Notes: generated from the sequence alone by a model not told the origin. A DNA stretch of 55,350 nucleotides from an uncultured Anaerolineales bacterium (GCA_964388385.1 CAYMAQ010000003.1:1-55350), one strand, 5' to 3'; shown: positions 18,586-29,100, numbered from the stretch's first letter. Translations and numbers: made by a program.

Positions 18586-21500
18586 TCAAACCTCCACGTG
18601 GCTGACACCGTCAACCTTGCGAACCCGAATGACGTGATCCGTGTCCTGCTCGAACGTGTCATCGTGGCTGATGACGAAAAGTTGGTTGAAGCCCTGGATC
18701 CCCAAGATTTGTTCCGCGAGATTATCGCGGCGGCGGTCGTCGAGATTGGCCGTCGGCTCGTCAAAGAAAGCGACACCAACCGTCGAAATCTCCTGAAGGA
18801 GCGCCAGCCGGACTGCCAGCGCAGCTGCCATCTGCTCTCCCCCGGATAGCTGTTGGAAGGAGCGCTCGCGCCCGCTCTGCTTGAGGATGATGTCGTAATC
18901 CTCGGTCCAACGAAGCCGCGTCGTATAATCCTGCATAATCTCACGATAGAGACGATCCGCACGCAGAGAGATGACATCGACCAGACGTCGAGTGATCACC
19001 GGGCCCGCCTCCCGAAGCACGCCGCGCAGATAGCCCAGGAGGTTCTGTAAAGCTTGCAGGGTATTCCGTTCATTCTCGGCGTCTTCCATCTCCGAAGCGA
19101 GGGCCTGCAGGCGATCAATCTCCACTTCTATCTCTGCTAGCCGGCCCCGACGCTGTTGAACGCGTTCCTTCAATGCGGCGAGGCTCTCCCTGAGATCCCC
19201 TCGCATATCGCTGGCTGTAGCGTGAGCTTCGGGATCGTAGGCTGCACGGACGCCCTCTTGAGCATCTCGAGTCGCTTCGAGCGCCTTCTTTGCCTCAGAG
19301 AGATCGGATTTCACACTCCGATACGTCTCTCGGTAATCCTCCAGGGCCTCCGACTGCCGAAGGTGTGCCACATAGCGGCGATGATCCTCCTCATACTGAT
19401 TTAAAGCCGACCGCTCTGCCTCGATACGCGCATCCACGTCACTGTATGCCTCCAACTCATCTTCTAACGTCGATACCTGGGTCTTCGAAGCCCTCAGACG
19501 GGACTCAACCTCGTCCCTGGCATGGATGACGTCCGGGCGGCGCTCTGCAGTATCGCGGGCCCGCTGATAGTCCCGCCGGGGATCGCCCAGGGACTCTAGC
19601 TGTCCGTTGAGTTGGACGACCCGATCCGGAGCGTCACTCAAGTCCGTCACGACCTCACGTTGTGCCTCCACAACTGAAGCTTGGACGGTGATACGTTCAT
19701 GCAACTGATCCAGCTCGGCAGGTCGGGGAAGGGCACCAAGCCGCGAATCGCGAGCCACCACTTCATCTTGGAGTGCAGTCCGAAGTTCTGTCTTGATATC
19801 CAACGCTTCCTGTAGCTCCGCAGCTGCGCTCTTGATATCCTCACATTGTGAGGCAAGCCGGGAAACCGTCCCACGCGTCTCCTCCACGGAAGTTCGATGG
19901 GACTCCACGTCGGTTTTCTGCACGATAATCCGCTCAACAAGCTCCTCGGCTTCTTTCGACCTGGGTAAGGTCTGAAGATCGACCTCCAGGTCGCGGATCT
20001 CTGCGAGCGTGTCGCGCCGTTTCCTCTCCAAAGCGTCACGCTCGGACTTGAGATCGTCCAGGGCCTCCCGGCAACGCGCCAGTTGGGAGCCATACGTGGC
20101 TAATAATTCCTCCCGATGTCCCGGCGTCAGTGTCTGACCACAGACAGGACATACCGCTTCCTCTTCAGCACCGGTCTTCAGCGCTGCAATGCGCGCCTCA
20201 GTCTGCTCGAATGTCGTGCGGTGGGCGGCTTGATCAGCCGTGATGGTCTCGATCTTGGCTCCCAACCTCTCCAGATCACCTCGCTGTTCGGAGAGTGCCT
20301 GCACGACTTCTCTGCGAGACTTGAGGCCCTCGTTGATCTCGGACTCCCGTTCGCGCAAAGCTTCTAAGGACTGCTCAGCATGCGCTAACGCTGCCCGCAT
20401 CTCCCTCAGCCGCACCTCAGCCGCCATCCGTTCGGAATTCAAACGCGCGTGTTCGGTCTCTTTCGAGCTCACTTCAGCCGCAAGATCCTCCCGGTCGGCT
20501 TCGACGTCAGCGAGATCTTCACGCAATTTCGAAAGTTCGCGCTCAACGGCTTCACGCTCCTGGATTTCTATCTCTAACCGCTCCATCTGAGACTCCAGCT
20601 GGGCGAGGCGTCGCTCCTCATCCTCGAATGAACGGCGGGCGTTTTCCAAGCGATCAGCCTGCAAGCGAGCCTTATCAAGGGCCTCCTCGAGTTCGGTCTG
20701 CCGCTCCACCTTGGGCTCCAATTGAACCGCCCTCTTCTGGGCAGCCTCGATGGCCTCAAGTTGCACGTTCAAATCCGCCAACCGCTGCGAGGTCAGGGCG
20801 AGGTCTTTCTCCAGGGCCCGCAGATTCTCCTGTAATCGGTCGCGCTCGGCTCGGTCGGATTCTAGAGCGGTGAGGGTATGCCGGGTCGATTCGTAGACTC
20901 GAAAGCCTTCTTGCGTCTCCTCGATGATGTCCCGAGCGGCCTCGGCCTCTGCCAAAGCCTTTGAGACATCCTCCTGACGACGTTTAAGTGCTTTGATTTC
21001 TACTTCCGCCTGAGAGACAACCTGGTTCAAAGCATCAAGCTCACTTTTGGCCTCATCAAAGATCGTGAGACGGGCGGTCACATCCTCGAGCTCCGCTGCT
21101 TGCTTCTCTCGCTGCTGCTCTTCCTTCTCAATCTCTGCCGACAACAACGCCGCCCGATGTCGAGCACCCGGAAGGGCCACGACCTGTCCCTGGAGCCCAG
21201 CGATAAGTTTCTCCTGCTCCGTGACCTGTAGTTCCAGCCATCGTTGGGGCTCGCGCAGCCCACTCCAGGCCTGCTCGTATTCATCAACGCGCAACAGAGG
21301 ATTGAACACATCCTTGCGCCGGCTTGGAGTCTCCAGAAAGGCAGCCGTCAGCAGTCCTTGAGGTACTCCGACCGCATCTCGAAAGAGCGTTGCCAGATCA
21401 GCGTTGGGCTCCATACCCAGGAAATCCTGGAGCCACAGCATCGTCTCCGCCTTTCCATCGGTCATCCGTTGAACGAGCTCGGGATCGTGGACGTAAAAAG

Positions 21501-21771
21501 CGCTGCGGCTGCCACACCGTCTAACGATTTCATATACACGACCATCACCCGCCTCCACGGCCACAGTAATCGTTGCGGTCTTCTCTCCTCTGCGGACGAA
21601 GTCCTCCTGGGTGACTGCCAGATGATCGAAAAGCACAAAGCCGATCGCCTCCAGGAGCGTGCTTTTACCTGAACCGTTCTGCCCGCAGATGGCATTCGTG
21701 CCGGACTTGAACGCGACGTCGGCCCGTTTGTAGCTCTTAACGTTTTCCAGTTCGACGCTTACGATCCGCAT
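18586..21771 (-). CDS. sbcC: SbcC/Rad50-family ATPase with zinc hook
   Basis: MRIVSVELENVKSY...GQNGSGKST Walker A, very long coiled coil with a central CPVC hook, C-terminal LSGGE signature and Walker B (FFDEPT). I chose the ATG at 21771 (2 nt after the sbcD stop) over the ORF-track start at 21825. Confidence 0.85.
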   Translation of the reverse strand: MRIVSVELENVKSYKRADVAFKSGTNAICGQNGSGKSTLLEAIGFVLFDHLAVTQEDFVRRGEKTATITVAVEAGDGRVYEIVRRCGSRSAFYVHDPELVQRMTDGKAETMLWLQDFLGMEPNADLATLFRDAVGVPQGLLTAAFLETPSRRKDVFNPLLRVDEYEQAWSGLREPQRWLELQVTEQEKLIAGLQGQVVALPGARHRAALLSAEIEKEEQQREKQAAELEDVTARLTIFDEAKSELDALNQVVSQAEVEIKALKRRQEDVSKALAEAEAARDIIEETQEGFRVYESTRHTLTALESDRAERDRLQENLRALEKDLALTSQRLADLNVQLEAIEAAQKRAVQLEPKVERQTELEEALDKARLQADRLENARRSFEDEERRLAQLESQMERLEIEIQEREAVERELSKLREDLADVEADREDLAAEVSSKETEHARLNSERMAAEVRLREMRAALAHAEQSLEALRERESEINEGLKSRREVVQALSEQRGDLERLGAKIETITADQAAHRTTFEQTEARIAALKTGAEEEAVCPVCGQTLTPGHREELLATYGSQLARCREALDDLKSERDALERKRRDTLAEIRDLEVDLQTLPRSKEAEELVERIIVQKTDVESHRTSVEETRGTVSRLASQCEDIKSAAAELQEALDIKTELRTALQDEVVARDSRLGALPRPAELDQLHERITVQASVVEAQREVVTDLSDAPDRVVQLNGQLESLGDPRRDYQRARDTAERRPDVIHARDEVESRLRASKTQVSTLEDELEAYSDVDARIEAERSALNQYEEDHRRYVAHLRQSEALEDYRETYRSVKSDLSEAKKALEATRDAQEGVRAAYDPEAHATASDMRGDLRESLAALKERVQQRRGRLAEIEVEIDRLQALASEMEDAENERNTLQALQNLLGYLRGVLREAGPVITRRLVDVISLRADRLYREIMQDYTTRLRWTEDYDIILKQSGRERSFQQLSGGEQMAAALAVRLALLQEISTVGVAFFDEPTANLDDRRRDNLAEQILGIQGFNQLFVISHDDTFEQDTDHVIRVRKVDGVSHVEV

Positions 21772-21772
21772 C

Positions 21773-23062
21773 TTAGGCACCCTCCTGCATGTCAGCATCC
21801 TTTGGGGTACCGTTGACTTCCTCACGGAGGTGACGGAGATGATCTACCACGGCCTCCGGCGCACCTCCTGCCAGCACGAGATCCTTGAGTCGTCGAGCAC
21901 CTGCCGTCCACGCTTCCGCATCTACGCGATACCGTTGGTCGCGCTCGATGAGCTGTTGGATGACCGAATGCTCCAGCTCTGTCCGGCTGGTCTCTGCTTC
22001 AACGTCGATTTCGAAATCAGCAGGTGTGACCTGACTCTGTACGCGAACCGTGAGGGGCTTCCAGGCCCTTTCTACCCTGGCTTGAATCTTGTTCAGATCG
22101 AGCTCGTACCGGTTAAAGGGAAGAATCCCTATCAGTAACACCTCCACGACCGGAGCAGGCTCAGGCTGAATCTCCGCATCCTTTCGAGCGATGAGAATAT
22201 CCACCTGGTCGTAGACGGCTTGAGGCGAGGTAAGCGCATCAACCTCCACCGTCAGACGGTGAAAGGGGCGCCGCTCAGGCACAAAACGTTGATGATGATG
22301 AGGAGGATCAACCCCTGGATTGACGTCGACAAAGTAGGCACCCCGATTGGGCCACGTCATCGCCTCCTGGATGCTGCAAGCCTCAGGAGCTCCCGGATTG
22401 AAGATCCAATTATCGATTTGATAGGGTTTATGAATGTGCCCCAGGGCGACGTAATCGACGACATCCCGAAGCGACGCAAGGTCGCTCATTCGGAGGCTTC
22501 CCATATGAGCCAGTTGACCTTCCAGGCCGGCGTGCATCATCAAAATTGTATATTTCACACCGGAAGCATCTACAGAGGGTAACGCCTCGGTAAACGTGGT
22601 TAGGACCCTGGAGGTCGAAGCGCCATAATACTTGATCCCATAGACACGCAAACCCTCCACGACGTCCGTATAGCTTCCCCCGCCCTCACCGTGGGGTGTC
22701 AGCACGGCTCGCCCGTCTTCAAAAGCGGGGTTGAGCAACCGCAGATATCCCATCGCGTCGAGGAACTCGAGCCATGAATACTGGTCGCGGTAATAGGCTT
22801 TCTCGTGATTCCCTTCGACCGCCAGGACCGGTACCCCCGCATCGCGCAGTGTTTCAAATCCAGCGACCGCGACCCGCATCGCCAGGGGATTGACGGTACG
22901 CTTGTGAAAGAGATCACCGGCTAGCAGGACGAAATCGACCTCACGCCTCAAGGCTTCACCAATGAGATTGATAAACACTTTGCTAAAGTCGTCAAATCGC
23001 TCGCCCAGTCCGTACTGCTGGTAACCCAGATGAATGTCAGCAATGTGCAAAAATCGCGTCAT
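21773..23062 (-). CDS. sbcD: SbcD/Mre11-family nuclease
   Basis: FLHIADIHLG, DFVLLAGDLFH and GNHE phosphoesterase motifs. ATG at 23062 preceded by GAGGAG (the ORF-track TTG start is at 23074). Confidence 0.85.
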   Translation of the reverse strand: MTRFLHIADIHLGYQQYGLGERFDDFSKVFINLIGEALRREVDFVLLAGDLFHKRTVNPLAMRVAVAGFETLRDAGVPVLAVEGNHEKAYYRDQYSWLEFLDAMGYLRLLNPAFEDGRAVLTPHGEGGGSYTDVVEGLRVYGIKYYGASTSRVLTTFTEALPSVDASGVKYTILMMHAGLEGQLAHMGSLRMSDLASLRDVVDYVALGHIHKPYQIDNWIFNPGAPEACSIQEAMTWPNRGAYFVDVNPGVDPPHHHQRFVPERRPFHRLTVEVDALTSPQAVYDQVDILIARKDAEIQPEPAPVVEVLLIGILPFNRYELDLNKIQARVERAWKPLTVRVQSQVTPADFEIDVEAETSRTELEHSVIQQLIERDQRYRVDAEAWTAGARRLKDLVLAGGAPEAVVDHLRHLREEVNGTPKDADMQEGA

Positions 23063-23328
23063 CTCACTCCTCAAAAATCCCGCTCCAATTGAACACTACC
23101 ACGTCAAGGATAATCCGACCCAAGCCGGCATAATCTCTGACAGGCCTATGGGATCGATTAGCCAACGCTTAACGGTCTCGTAACAAACAATTTCGTTGCA
23201 GAAACTTGTTTTCTTAACACATTTGTTATGAACACAACTGACACGGACCCGTAACTTCGATTTGAGAGGATCATAGTATAGTAAGAATGCGTTCATTTCA
23301 ACGACCTGGACTTGAAAAGGGGGCATGT

Positions 23329-23568
23329 ATGCAAACCCATACCAACGCCCGGGTGACCTTTGTCACGCCCAGCCATGCCATCGCCCTTGCCAATGCTATC
23401 TATTCGCTTGACGAACCCTGGCGCACCCGTTTCATCGACCTGATTAGCAAACGCGTCCCAGCCACCATGACTACAACACCTTCGCCGGAAGAGATCGCCG
23501 GTTGGCTGCAGAATCGAGTACTCTATCGTGACATGCGGACGTTATTCCGTGCCTGGACGCACCAGTGA
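23329..23568 (+). CDS. Small hypothetical protein
   Basis: 79 aa counted from the ATG preceded by AAGGGGG. No recognisable motif. Confidence 0.35.
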   Translation: MQTHTNARVTFVTPSHAIALANAIYSLDEPWRTRFIDLISKRVPATMTTTPSPEEIAGWLQNRVLYRDMRTLFRAWTHQ

Positions 23569-23572
23569 ACGA

Positions 23573-23650
23573 CAGATCCGGACATGAAATGTTTCCGTGA
23601 TGACCATGGGAATGCGGAAGCTCTTGAATTATCCATGACCAAATCCATAA
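23573..23650. repeat. Intergenic repeat family, copy C (shortened; hairpin 23591-23597 / 23615-23621)
   Basis: CAGATCCGGACATGAAAT-GTTTCCG[loop]CGGAAGC..CCATGACCAAATCCATAAAAGGC. About 7 nt shorter than copies A and E between the 5' box and the stem. Confidence 0.75.
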
Positions 23651-23662
23651 AAGGCGAGGGTA

Positions 23663-25216
23663 TTATTGTCCGGAGACTCGAATAGGCGAACTCCAACCCC
23701 ATTGCCGGTTGACCTGACGCACGCGAAGGTAGTAGACGTCATCGCGTCCTACGCTCGGCTGCTGGTCCTCGAAAGCATCACACCAGTCCAGTTCCGACCA
23801 CTGCGGCAGACGATGGAACCGGTAAGCCGGGGAGTCGATCTCCCCTAATCGGCCGGCGAGGGCGCCTTGCACCAGCCGAGTAACCGGAATCTCCAGCGAC
23901 CGCTCGTTGAGCTCCGCCAGGATATAGGCTTCGGAGGGGACCTCAACCTCCAAGCACATACCTTGGGTAGCGGGCGTCCGATTGTTCGGATTGCCGAATG
24001 TCGTTGTATGGAATTGAACACCGCGCGGACCATCCGGTTCCCAATGTGAGAAGTAGACGCGGTCGGGAGCGTTGGATCCCAGCTCCGTGGGCGAGACAAC
24101 TTCCCCACCCCTGAACCGAGGCTCCACCGAGAGCAAACGTCCTGCGGAAAGGCCGAGTTTTGCCTCCCAATCTGCCCGGACCCCTCGCGCACCCCACCCC
24201 AGCTCGAGCATGAGCTTGGTGCGACGAGGCTCCGTGAATGCAGACGTCGGCAGATCGGAAGCAGAGAAACGGCGGAGCAGATTGCCATTTTTGATCACGT
24301 CCACGGCATCCAGGGGTGCTCCCCCGACGATCCGAAAGTCAATACTTCGGCGTTGGGTGGGGGGTAACACAGACCCCATAGGCTGCCCGTTGATCGCAAA
24401 CTGGATAGCCATACGATCACCGGTCAACGCGTACGTCCGCCGCGCCTGGATCGCATCCCAAATCGCCGCCCGGGTCTTCGAGCGAGCCCACAAACCGGTA
24501 CGCCCATGCCCGTAGCTGCCGGGGTGCCCGCTGTGATGATCGGTCGACCCGACGACCCCAAAGGTGTGGCCCTGTGCGAGTCCATACTGCATTGTGCTAT
24601 GGTGATCCGAAGGGCCCATCGAGTGTAGGTAAGGCCTGGGAACTTCGTCGGCCTCACTACAGCCATGCATGGAGATGATCTCCACAATGGGAGCGAATTC
24701 CGGATCGAATGTCTTCCAATTCAAGCCGCGCTGACCCTGCAAATACCCAATGTGATGGGGAAACGCGATGACGCCAACGCCCTGCTCTCGTAACGATCGC
24801 ATTTGATCGTGAAGTGAGTCCAGCCCGTCGGCGCTCAGAATATCGCCGTGATCCCCTTGATAGAGGATGGTCCGGTCGCCGTCGGCCCCGCTGTGCATCT
24901 CAAAACTGAGAAACGTGATGAACTCACCCGGATCGTTGAACGCCGCCGTGGTCGCTTGAACCGCGTCCCAGCGCTCACGTAACCGAGCGAACCCCTCGAT
25001 GTGAAAAGCCCGGATATAGTCAATATCGGGATTAGGTCCAGGCATATCGGGCCAGAGAGCGTGCCCGGTGACCGAACAGAAATCCAGTTGTTCTCTGGCA
25101 TTCAGAAAAGCATCCTCAAGGGTCCCATGGCCATAAGAGATACCGCAATGGTTGTGAAGATCCCCGTACAGGGGTTGAAACTCTCGATAAACATCCAAAT
25201 CCCGATCCCTCGTCAT
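23663..25216 (-). CDS. PHP/CehA-like metal-dependent hydrolase (DUF3604-like)
   Basis: 517 aa. YGDLHNHCGISYGHG N-terminal histidine cluster and further His-rich motifs (HHIGY, TDHHSGHPG). Confidence 0.55.
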   Translation of the reverse strand: MTRDRDLDVYREFQPLYGDLHNHCGISYGHGTLEDAFLNAREQLDFCSVTGHALWPDMPGPNPDIDYIRAFHIEGFARLRERWDAVQATTAAFNDPGEFITFLSFEMHSGADGDRTILYQGDHGDILSADGLDSLHDQMRSLREQGVGVIAFPHHIGYLQGQRGLNWKTFDPEFAPIVEIISMHGCSEADEVPRPYLHSMGPSDHHSTMQYGLAQGHTFGVVGSTDHHSGHPGSYGHGRTGLWARSKTRAAIWDAIQARRTYALTGDRMAIQFAINGQPMGSVLPPTQRRSIDFRIVGGAPLDAVDVIKNGNLLRRFSASDLPTSAFTEPRRTKLMLELGWGARGVRADWEAKLGLSAGRLLSVEPRFRGGEVVSPTELGSNAPDRVYFSHWEPDGPRGVQFHTTTFGNPNNRTPATQGMCLEVEVPSEAYILAELNERSLEIPVTRLVQGALAGRLGEIDSPAYRFHRLPQWSELDWCDAFEDQQPSVGRDDVYYLRVRQVNRQWGWSSPIRVSGQ

Positions 25217-25425
25217 CTGTCACCTCGTTAGGGTTAGAACTGATCCATACAATCATTCACCGCAGACCCGAGTATAGGTGAGATTGAGACCAGGTCAAAA
25301 AGCGCCCGGTTACCCATAATCTCCCTGCTGAAGGATCATAGGACGCCCCCCGACTCAATGAAAAAGGACTGGACATGCGGGGTGGCATCAGGTATACTTG
25401 CCTTACGTACGATGAGAAGGAGAGT

Positions 25426-26568
25426 GATATGTCATTACCATCGCTAAACATAGGCAGTTGGCTGGGGCCAATATTCGGCTTTGTGGTCGGCCTCATCCCA
25501 CTGATCCTGATTCACGAATTGGGTCATTTTTTGATGGCCAAGATTATGGGTGTCTGGGCGCGGGAGTTCGGAATTGGGTACCCACCCCGGATTACTAAGC
25601 TATTCAAACTAGGCGAGACTGTCTTCACGCTTAACTGGATTCCCTTTGGGGGGTTTGTCCGGCTGGAAGGCGAATCACCGGGTGCCCAAAAAGAGGATAA
25701 GAAGGAAGAAGACGCCCCGAGGTCGCCGGAGGCAGAGAAGCATAGCCTCTATAATAAATCTCCTTGGAAACGCATCCTCATTTTTCTTGGGGGGCCGATT
25801 TCTAACGTGTTGACTGCTTGGCTGATTGCGATTCTTATCTTTACCAGCGGCATCCCCAAAATGCAAGTGGTGATCGAGGAAGTCGCGTCCAATTCACCGG
25901 CGGCAAATGCAAACGTGCAGTCGGGCGATGTCATTGTGTCCATCAATGACCGGGAAGTTGAGACATTGGACGACGTCTCGGAGGAGACAGCAGAGTCCCT
26001 GGACGAACCTACGACACTCACGCTTCGGCGCAACGGGGAAGAGGTTCAAGTTGAACTGGTCCCCCGGGCCGACCCGCCGGAAGGTCAGGGAGCGATGGGG
26101 GTCTTGATTGCAGGTCAAGAGATATCGGGGACGTTGGAACATTATTCCATTGGTGAATCCCTGGTCTATGGTAGCCGTTACTTTGGCAACGTTATGGGTA
26201 TGACCGTGATGCTTCCCATCACCATCTTCCAGAGAGATATACCATTGGAGCAAGCCCGTCCCGTCGGAGTTGTTGGAATTAGTCGCATCGCCGAGTATTC
26301 CGTTAACCAGAGCATTGAGCGTAGTGCGCTTTATCCATTCCTGAATATGATCGTGCTGTTGAGTGTCAGTCTTGGGATCTTCAATCTGCTCCCAATCCCG
26401 GCGCTCGATGGCGGTCGGATACTTTTCTCACTGATTGAAGCCTTGCGAGGCAAAGCACTCACGCCGGAGGTCGAGGAGCGTATCCATACGATCACATTCT
26501 TGCTGTTGATCGCACTCTTTATCTTTATCACCGCTCTGGACATATTGAAGCCTATCTCTTTACCCTGA
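25426..26568 (+). CDS. RseP/RasP-type site-2 protease (M50 family) with PDZ domain
   Basis: HELGHFLMAK zinc motif in the first TM region, a central PDZ-like segment (SPAANANVQSGDVIVSINDREV) and the C-terminal NLLPIPALDGG motif. ATG preceded by GAAGGAG. Confidence 0.85.
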   Translation, partial: DMSLPSLNIGSWLGPIFGFVVGLIPLILIHELGHFLMAKIMGVWAREFGIGYPPRITKLFKLGETVFTLNWIPFGGFVRLEGESPGAQKEDKKEEDAPRSPEAEKHSLYNKSPWKRILIFLGGPISNVLTAWLIAILIFTSGIPKMQVVIEEVASNSPAANANVQSGDVIVSINDREVETLDDVSEETAESLDEPTTLTLRRNGEEVQVELVPRADPPEGQGAMGVLIAGQEISGTLEHYSIGESLVYGSRYFGNVMGMTVMLPITIFQRDIPLEQARPVGVVGISRIAEYSVNQSIERSALYPFLNMIVLLSVSLGIFNLLPIPALDGGRILFSLIEALRGKALTPEVEERIHTITFLLLIALFIFITALDILKPISLP

Positions 26569-26640
26569 AACCGCTGATAGGGAGAGGAAGCCCCGCTCAC
26601 AATTCAATAGCTCAACCGAGGTGAACAGTTAACAAGCACT

Positions 26641-27657
26641 ATGGATAAGATAACCCAAGAGATTTACGAAGAATATCGAGAGGACAAGACGACACTTTGG
26701 AGAGCCTTGGAGGAACGTCGTGAAGTCCCTCAACAGGAGGACTTGAAATACCTGTCGGGGCTTCTCAACGGCGATATCCAGCGCTTTCGGACGTCTTGGA
26801 AGGCTTTAGCAGAGAAAGTACGTCGCGATCTCATCCGGCGCCTTCATGAACTCGCCGAGGAGGATTTCGCAATGGACTTCTCGGCCATTTTCCGCATCGC
26901 ACTCAAAGATGAAGATGCGCTTGTGCGCGCCATCGCTATTACCGGGCTCGAAGAAATCGATGACCTGCGTCTCGTGCGTGAATTCTCACACCTGTTGCGT
27001 CACGACCCCTCAAGCCTGGTGCGAACGGCAGCGGCTCGGGGTATGGCCCGGTTCGTTCTTTTAGGGGAACTGCAGAAGATCAACCGCTCGCCCTTTCAAG
27101 CCGCGATCTCTGCGTTGATCGAAGCTTATCGTGATACCTGCGAAGAACTGCAGGTCCGTCGGAGCGCAGTGGAGGCTATGGCCTACACAGGGACGCGTGA
27201 CGTCCCGAAGATCATTCAGGAGGCTTACGAGCATCAAAATCAAGATATGCGAATCAGTGCCGTCCTTGCGATGGGTCGCAGTGCGGATTCCCGATGGGCC
27301 GACATTGTGATGTCCGAACTCCGGAATTCCACCCCGAAGATGCGTTTTGAGGCCATTCGTGCGTGCGGCGAACTGCAATTGAGGGAAGCTGCCCAGGACA
27401 TCATCGAACTCACCGATGACGTTGATCTCGAAATCAAGGTGATATCTCTGTGGTCTCTTGGTCAGATTGGCGGACGGAGAGCGCGCAATACGCTGGAACG
27501 TCACATAGACTCTGACAACACGGTGGTGCAGGAAGCGGCTCAGGCAGCACTCAATGAGCTCGAGTTCCTTTATGGAGACCTTACGGCATTTCTTGGCCCA
27601 CCCGAGGAGTTCAGCGGAGAGAGTGACGTCGCTTGGGATGAGCCCGATCGCCCATAA
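26641..27657 (+). CDS. HEAT-repeat protein
   Basis: Repeated D..VR..A...L helical units (DALVRAIAITGLEE, SSLVRTAAARGMARF, MRISAVLAMGR, MRFEAIRACGEL). Confidence 0.7.
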   Translation: MDKITQEIYEEYREDKTTLWRALEERREVPQQEDLKYLSGLLNGDIQRFRTSWKALAEKVRRDLIRRLHELAEEDFAMDFSAIFRIALKDEDALVRAIAITGLEEIDDLRLVREFSHLLRHDPSSLVRTAAARGMARFVLLGELQKINRSPFQAAISALIEAYRDTCEELQVRRSAVEAMAYTGTRDVPKIIQEAYEHQNQDMRISAVLAMGRSADSRWADIVMSELRNSTPKMRFEAIRACGELQLREAAQDIIELTDDVDLEIKVISLWSLGQIGGRRARNTLERHIDSDNTVVQEAAQAALNELEFLYGDLTAFLGPPEEFSGESDVAWDEPDRP

Positions 27658-27708
27658 AGTGAAGACGTCAACCCAGCAAGAGATGCCCATCAATAGGGTA
27701 AGGACCCA

Positions 27709-28980
27709 TTGACAATGCCGAGCGCCAAAGGATCAAAGGCCTTGACGATGCATCGAATCATCCGCGCAATGACCGTGATCTCGGTTTTAGGAACAATCGT
27801 TGTAGCTTGGAACATTCCCATCAGCGCAGAAGATTCTTTACAGCCCTCACACAGCTATGCATTCGGACAAAGTGCGACATTTACCCTGCAACTCATACCG
27901 GACCCCGAAACTGCCGATGCAACGCTTTTCATAGATATTAATGGCAAAGATCTGCGAGGATACGAAGGTGTGGTGGAAGGTAGCGCAATTGAGTATCGGC
28001 GTGATTTGGCAGCCTCGCCATTCCCTCCTTTTGCGGAGATCACGTATTGGTGGCAGCTTGATTCACCCCATACCCCACTTCGCGAAACAGAGCCCCTCAC
28101 GTTCCGCTACGTCGACAATCGTTACGCCTGGCAGAGCCTTAGTCGGGACAGATTGACCGTTCATTGGATCTCAGGTGGAATTGAGACGATGGCTTCCGCA
28201 TTGGATGTGGGAAGTCAGGCACTTGCCGAACTCCATCATGCTATCCGACCAACGAAATCCGATGACCTTCACATTTACATTTATCCATCACACTCAGAGC
28301 TCCGCTCGGCTATGCAACTCGCAGGGCATACCTGGGCAGGAGGGATCACCTATCCGGAATTAAACGTAATTCTGATCGCGATTCCCGCGACGGACGAGGC
28401 AGTCGTGAAAATGAGACGCGCCATCCCCCATGAGCTAACCCATCAGATGCTCTATCATCGTATGGGGGCGCAGGGCTATCAAAACCTGCCTGCCTGGTTG
28501 AATGAAGGACTGGCGACCAATTTTGAACAGAGCCCCAATGCGACTTACGCACTCGCACTGGAAGAGTCTCAAGTTTTCTTTCCCTTGGACTCACTCTGCG
28601 CGCCTTTCCCGGACGACAAAAACAAAGTTCGCCTCGCCTATGCTCAGAGCCAGAGCGTTGTGAGCTATCTCCGAGAGGTCTACGGTTGGTCAACCTTACG
28701 TGATTTGCTCGATGTCTATGCTGACGGGGTTGGCTGCGAAACAGGTGTCATCAGGATACTCAACCTCGATCTGGAACAATTGGACCGACGTTGGAGCCAA
28801 TGGCTGAAGGGTGATGCTCCTACGCTTGAGTCAGATCCGCCAGCCTGGAAATCTGTGTGGACCCGTATCCAGACTTGGACGGAGCCTACAATCGAAGCCG
28901 CCGGACCGTGGCTTGTGTTTGCCGGTTTTCTTTTGATACCAGGCGCCCTTACGCTCGTCTCTTCACGGCGAGAACGATAG
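27709..28980 (+). CDS. Membrane-anchored zinc metallopeptidase (peptidase MA-like)
   Basis: HELTHQM zincin motif with a downstream E (NEGLATNFE). N-terminal signal/TM segment and C-terminal TM segment. The start is uncertain (TTG at 27709, ATG at 27715 or 27748). Confidence 0.6.
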   Translation: MTMPSAKGSKALTMHRIIRAMTVISVLGTIVVAWNIPISAEDSLQPSHSYAFGQSATFTLQLIPDPETADATLFIDINGKDLRGYEGVVEGSAIEYRRDLAASPFPPFAEITYWWQLDSPHTPLRETEPLTFRYVDNRYAWQSLSRDRLTVHWISGGIETMASALDVGSQALAELHHAIRPTKSDDLHIYIYPSHSELRSAMQLAGHTWAGGITYPELNVILIAIPATDEAVVKMRRAIPHELTHQMLYHRMGAQGYQNLPAWLNEGLATNFEQSPNATYALALEESQVFFPLDSLCAPFPDDKNKVRLAYAQSQSVVSYLREVYGWSTLRDLLDVYADGVGCETGVIRILNLDLEQLDRRWSQWLKGDAPTLESDPPAWKSVWTRIQTWTEPTIEAAGPWLVFAGFLLIPGALTLVSSRRER

Positions 28981-29091
28981 GATTTCACCAACGGCAGGGA
29001 ACAACAAAGCCGGGACATAGATCGTTCCTCGCAAAGTACCTCACTTCCTCACCCCACCCCACTTGTATGAAACACACATTTTGATGAATCA

Positions 29092-29100
29092 TGATATAAT
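29092..29100 (+). promoter_or_regulatory. Extended -10 promoter element upstream of the Hsp70-like gene
   Basis: TGATATAAT in an AT-rich gap. No convincing -35 element. Confidence 0.35.

Noticed and set aside
23096-23326. 76-aa ORF on the minus strand in the AT-rich sbcD upstream gap.
   Set aside because: Its composition follows the AT-rich intergenic DNA. It has no ribosome-binding site and overlaps promoter-like elements.
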